From the NCBI GenBank assembly GCA_041686345.1, contig JAWLEA010000005.1, positions 1 through 63,113 on the forward strand: a stretch of DNA of 63,113 nt, in the 5' to 3' direction. The position numbers were made by a program, and so were the translations under genes. The DNA comes from Polyangia bacterium. GTDB taxonomy: Bacteria > Myxococcota_A > Polyangia > HGW-17. This document shows, piece after piece, positions 60,864 to 63,113 of this stretch; within the stretch, counting starts at the first letter, position 1; the number at the start of each line of letters is the position of its first letter. Below the pieces are notes generated by a model. It saw nothing but the letters and a program-made list of their open reading frames with translations. It had not been told where the DNA came from and searched no databases.

Positions 60864-61754
60864 ATGAAACAAAACTCTAGAGATACCGGCGAATACATTC
60901 CGGAAATATCAATAATCATCCCTGCCTATAACGAAGCTGCCAGTATAAAACAGGTTCTGACAAAGTTGCAGAAAGTGCTGAATCAGGCTGATTTCACCTA
61001 TGAAATCCTGGTAATAAATGACGGTTCCACCGATGGCACTGGCGATATCCTGGCCAATCTCAATGTCAGAACCATTAACCACGAAATTAACAGAGGTTAT
61101 GGTGCTTCACTGAAAACAGGAGTCCGATCCATCCAGTCTGAATTTTTCGTGATCATAGATGCCGATGGCACTTATCCCGAAGAAGAACTCCTCAATATCA
61201 CGGCTTATCGACATGATTACGATATGATCATCGCAGCAAGAACTGGGGAAAATGTCAATATTCCTCTTATTCGCAAACCGGCAAAAAAATTCATTACCTG
61301 GCTTGCTTCCTATGTTGCCAACCGCAGAATTCCTGATCTTAATTCAGGTTTAAGAATCATGAGGCGAGAAGTCGTCCTTAAATACATAAAACTGCTTCCT
61401 GACGGATTTTCCTTTACTTCTACAATTTCACTGGCCATGCTGGTTGGTGGCTTCAGGGTAAAATATATACCCATCAATTATAAACACCGTGAAGGCACCT
61501 CCAAAATTCGTCCTTTCTATGATACCATCAACTTTATTCTGCTTATTGTGAGAACAATAACCTATTTCAGACCTCTCAGAGTTTTTGTTCCCTTTTCTTT
61601 GTTTCTTTTTCTCACAGGAATTTTTGTTCTTTTTTTCAGCGGACTGTTTTTTGAACAGATTATGGATTCTACCTCAACTATTTTCATTATGACTGCGGTA
61701 AACATCTTTGGACTTGGGCTATTGGCTGAATTGATAATCAGAAGATCTGACTGA
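60864..61754 (+). CDS. Glycosyltransferase family 2 (polyprenol-phosphate sugar synthase-like) with 2 C-terminal TMs
   Basis: IIPAYNE, NDGSTD, GYGAS, DADG, DLNSG, R.G.SKI; the TTG start at 60837 in the ORF track lies inside the element. Confidence 0.9.
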   Translation: MKQNSRDTGEYIPEISIIIPAYNEAASIKQVLTKLQKVLNQADFTYEILVINDGSTDGTGDILANLNVRTINHEINRGYGASLKTGVRSIQSEFFVIIDADGTYPEEELLNITAYRHDYDMIIAARTGENVNIPLIRKPAKKFITWLASYVANRRIPDLNSGLRIMRREVVLKYIKLLPDGFSFTSTISLAMLVGGFRVKYIPINYKHREGTSKIRPFYDTINFILLIVRTITYFRPLRVFVPFSLFLFLTGIFVLFFSGLFFEQIMDSTSTIFIMTAVNIFGLGLLAELIIRRSD

Positions 61755-61846
61755 AATTTAACTCAATGTTTAATGGCTTTGAAATCCTCTGGTCAAATCC
61801 TGATATTTTCACTTATAAACTATATGAACACTCCATGGTTTAATCT

Positions 61847-62902
61847 ATGCAACATTTAAAATTATTAACAGTTTTCATTTTGTTATGGTTTCTTGTTGGA
61901 GCAACAGGATGCAAAGAAAAAACTGACCAGAAAAATGACGAATTCTCAGATTTTTTAAAACAAGATCTTCAATCCCTTTCTGAAACCCAACCACAAAAAA
62001 ACAGAAAAAAAAGAATAAATGAGAAAAAAAGCAAAAAAAATAAAGCAGCAAAAGTTGATAATACTCTGGAAAAAATTGGAAAATGTATTCTGGAATCAGT
62101 TAAATTTTTCAGAGAATCTCTGGCAGCCAAAAAAATTCCCAATAGTAAAAAACTGCAAGAAATAAATAATAGATGTCGCAATAATCTCTATTCTTTTGTT
62201 AAAAACTACAATTACATCAATAAACATTATCAAATCTACTGCTTGCTGGCAGCGGATTATCTTGATGAAATGCAACTTGGAATTAAAAAAATTAAAAATA
62301 GCATACAATTTTCACAGCTTAAAGATTTAGAAAAGCTGCTGGTAGAAAAATACAATAAATTCGCCCTTAAAAATAATGATCTTGCCGGTATTGACATTTT
62401 GGACAAAACCAAAGAATACAAAAAAACCAGATTGGCTAAAAGAACATTCAGGGATGAAATTGCCAGAAGTGGCAAAAAAATAGGTAATCTGCTGTTCAAA
62501 TGGCAACAAAAACACAACCCCTCATCAGACAATCAGGATGAACCGGGGGAAAAATATCCCACTCGCACCAGAGTCTATTTCAATTTCCTTAAAAACACCT
62601 GGGAAGATGAGAAAAAATACTTGGACTCAATAAGCTGTACTAACAAATTCTCCAATACTGACAAAAAAAATAATCAAACTGAAAAGCCTGAAAAAACTGG
62701 TAAAAATAACGATTATAATTGTAAAACATTAACTGACCAGTTAAATACCTTCCGCCAACATTGTGAAAAATTGATATCTTTGTGGGAAATTCAACTAAAA
62801 CATGTAAAAAAACCATCTTCTATTCAAAAAAACAAGAAGAAATTAAAAGAAGAATTCAAAAATTTCAGTAACTTTTATCAAACTCTCCCTCAACCTCTGT
62901 AA
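61847..62902 (+). CDS. Hypothetical Lys-rich lipoprotein
   Basis: ATGC lipobox, helical Lys-rich body. Confidence 0.65.
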   Translation: MQHLKLLTVFILLWFLVGATGCKEKTDQKNDEFSDFLKQDLQSLSETQPQKNRKKRINEKKSKKNKAAKVDNTLEKIGKCILESVKFFRESLAAKKIPNSKKLQEINNRCRNNLYSFVKNYNYINKHYQIYCLLAADYLDEMQLGIKKIKNSIQFSQLKDLEKLLVEKYNKFALKNNDLAGIDILDKTKEYKKTRLAKRTFRDEIARSGKKIGNLLFKWQQKHNPSSDNQDEPGEKYPTRTRVYFNFLKNTWEDEKKYLDSISCTNKFSNTDKKNNQTEKPEKTGKNNDYNCKTLTDQLNTFRQHCEKLISLWEIQLKHVKKPSSIQKNKKKLKEEFKNFSNFYQTLPQPL

Positions 62903-62977
62903 TCTTTCAACTCATTTTATCATGGAATAATTTTGCAAATAGTTAAAAACCATATCACCAAATTACCATCTTAGTTA

Positions 62978-63064
62978 GTTCCCATCCCAAAAATGGATGT
63001 CATCGTCTGGCGACGGAATTTTATCTCATCTGCTTTGTCATAACTTCTTGATATAGTGGCAACT
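62978..63064 (-). mobile_element. MITE-like element, copy 9 (half copy)
   Basis: TAGTTA then GTTCCCATCCCAAAAATGGATGTCATCG...; breaks off in the central hairpin. Confidence 0.85.
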
Positions 63065-63068
63065 TAGA

Positions 63069-63113
63069 GTTCTCGTTTCAGAATGCAAGGTCATCACCTG
63101 AAGCACGGAAATT
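63069..63113 (-). mobile_element. MITE-like element, copy 10 (diverged, cut by window end)
   Basis: GTTCTCGTTTCAGAATGCAAGGTCATCACCTGAAGCACGGAAATT aligns with the start of copies 2 and 5. Confidence 0.7.

Overview
AT-rich (roughly 35-40% GC by eye) bacterial chromosomal segment, probably from a Myxococcota/deltaproteobacterial lineage (inferred from Myxococcus-type Cys-rich repeat proteins, four Hanks-type Ser/Thr kinases and a large S41 peptidase). It carries about 45 genes: housekeeping (murA, mpl, asnS, nadK, recN, ffh, gap, thiS, suhB), a YtrA/GntR-ABC operon with a candidate operator, envelope genes and three Cys/Asp-rich surface lipoproteins. I saw no rRNA, tRNA, CRISPR array or transposase. 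The strongest unexplained signal is a dispersed ~162-bp non-coding element with about 10 whole or partial copies. It has GTTCCCATCCCA...TGGGATGGGAAC termini, 6-bp TANNTA target duplications and a rod-like fold with compensatory changes, and it coincides with the stop codons of five genes. Two protein-level candidates for undescribed systems are (i) a 1351-aa PPDK-like dikinase with no pyruvate-binding domain, flanked by a shortened and a full GAPDH, and (ii) a receptor-like Ser/Thr kinase fused to a periplasmic solute-binding domain and translationally coupled to a second membrane kinase.
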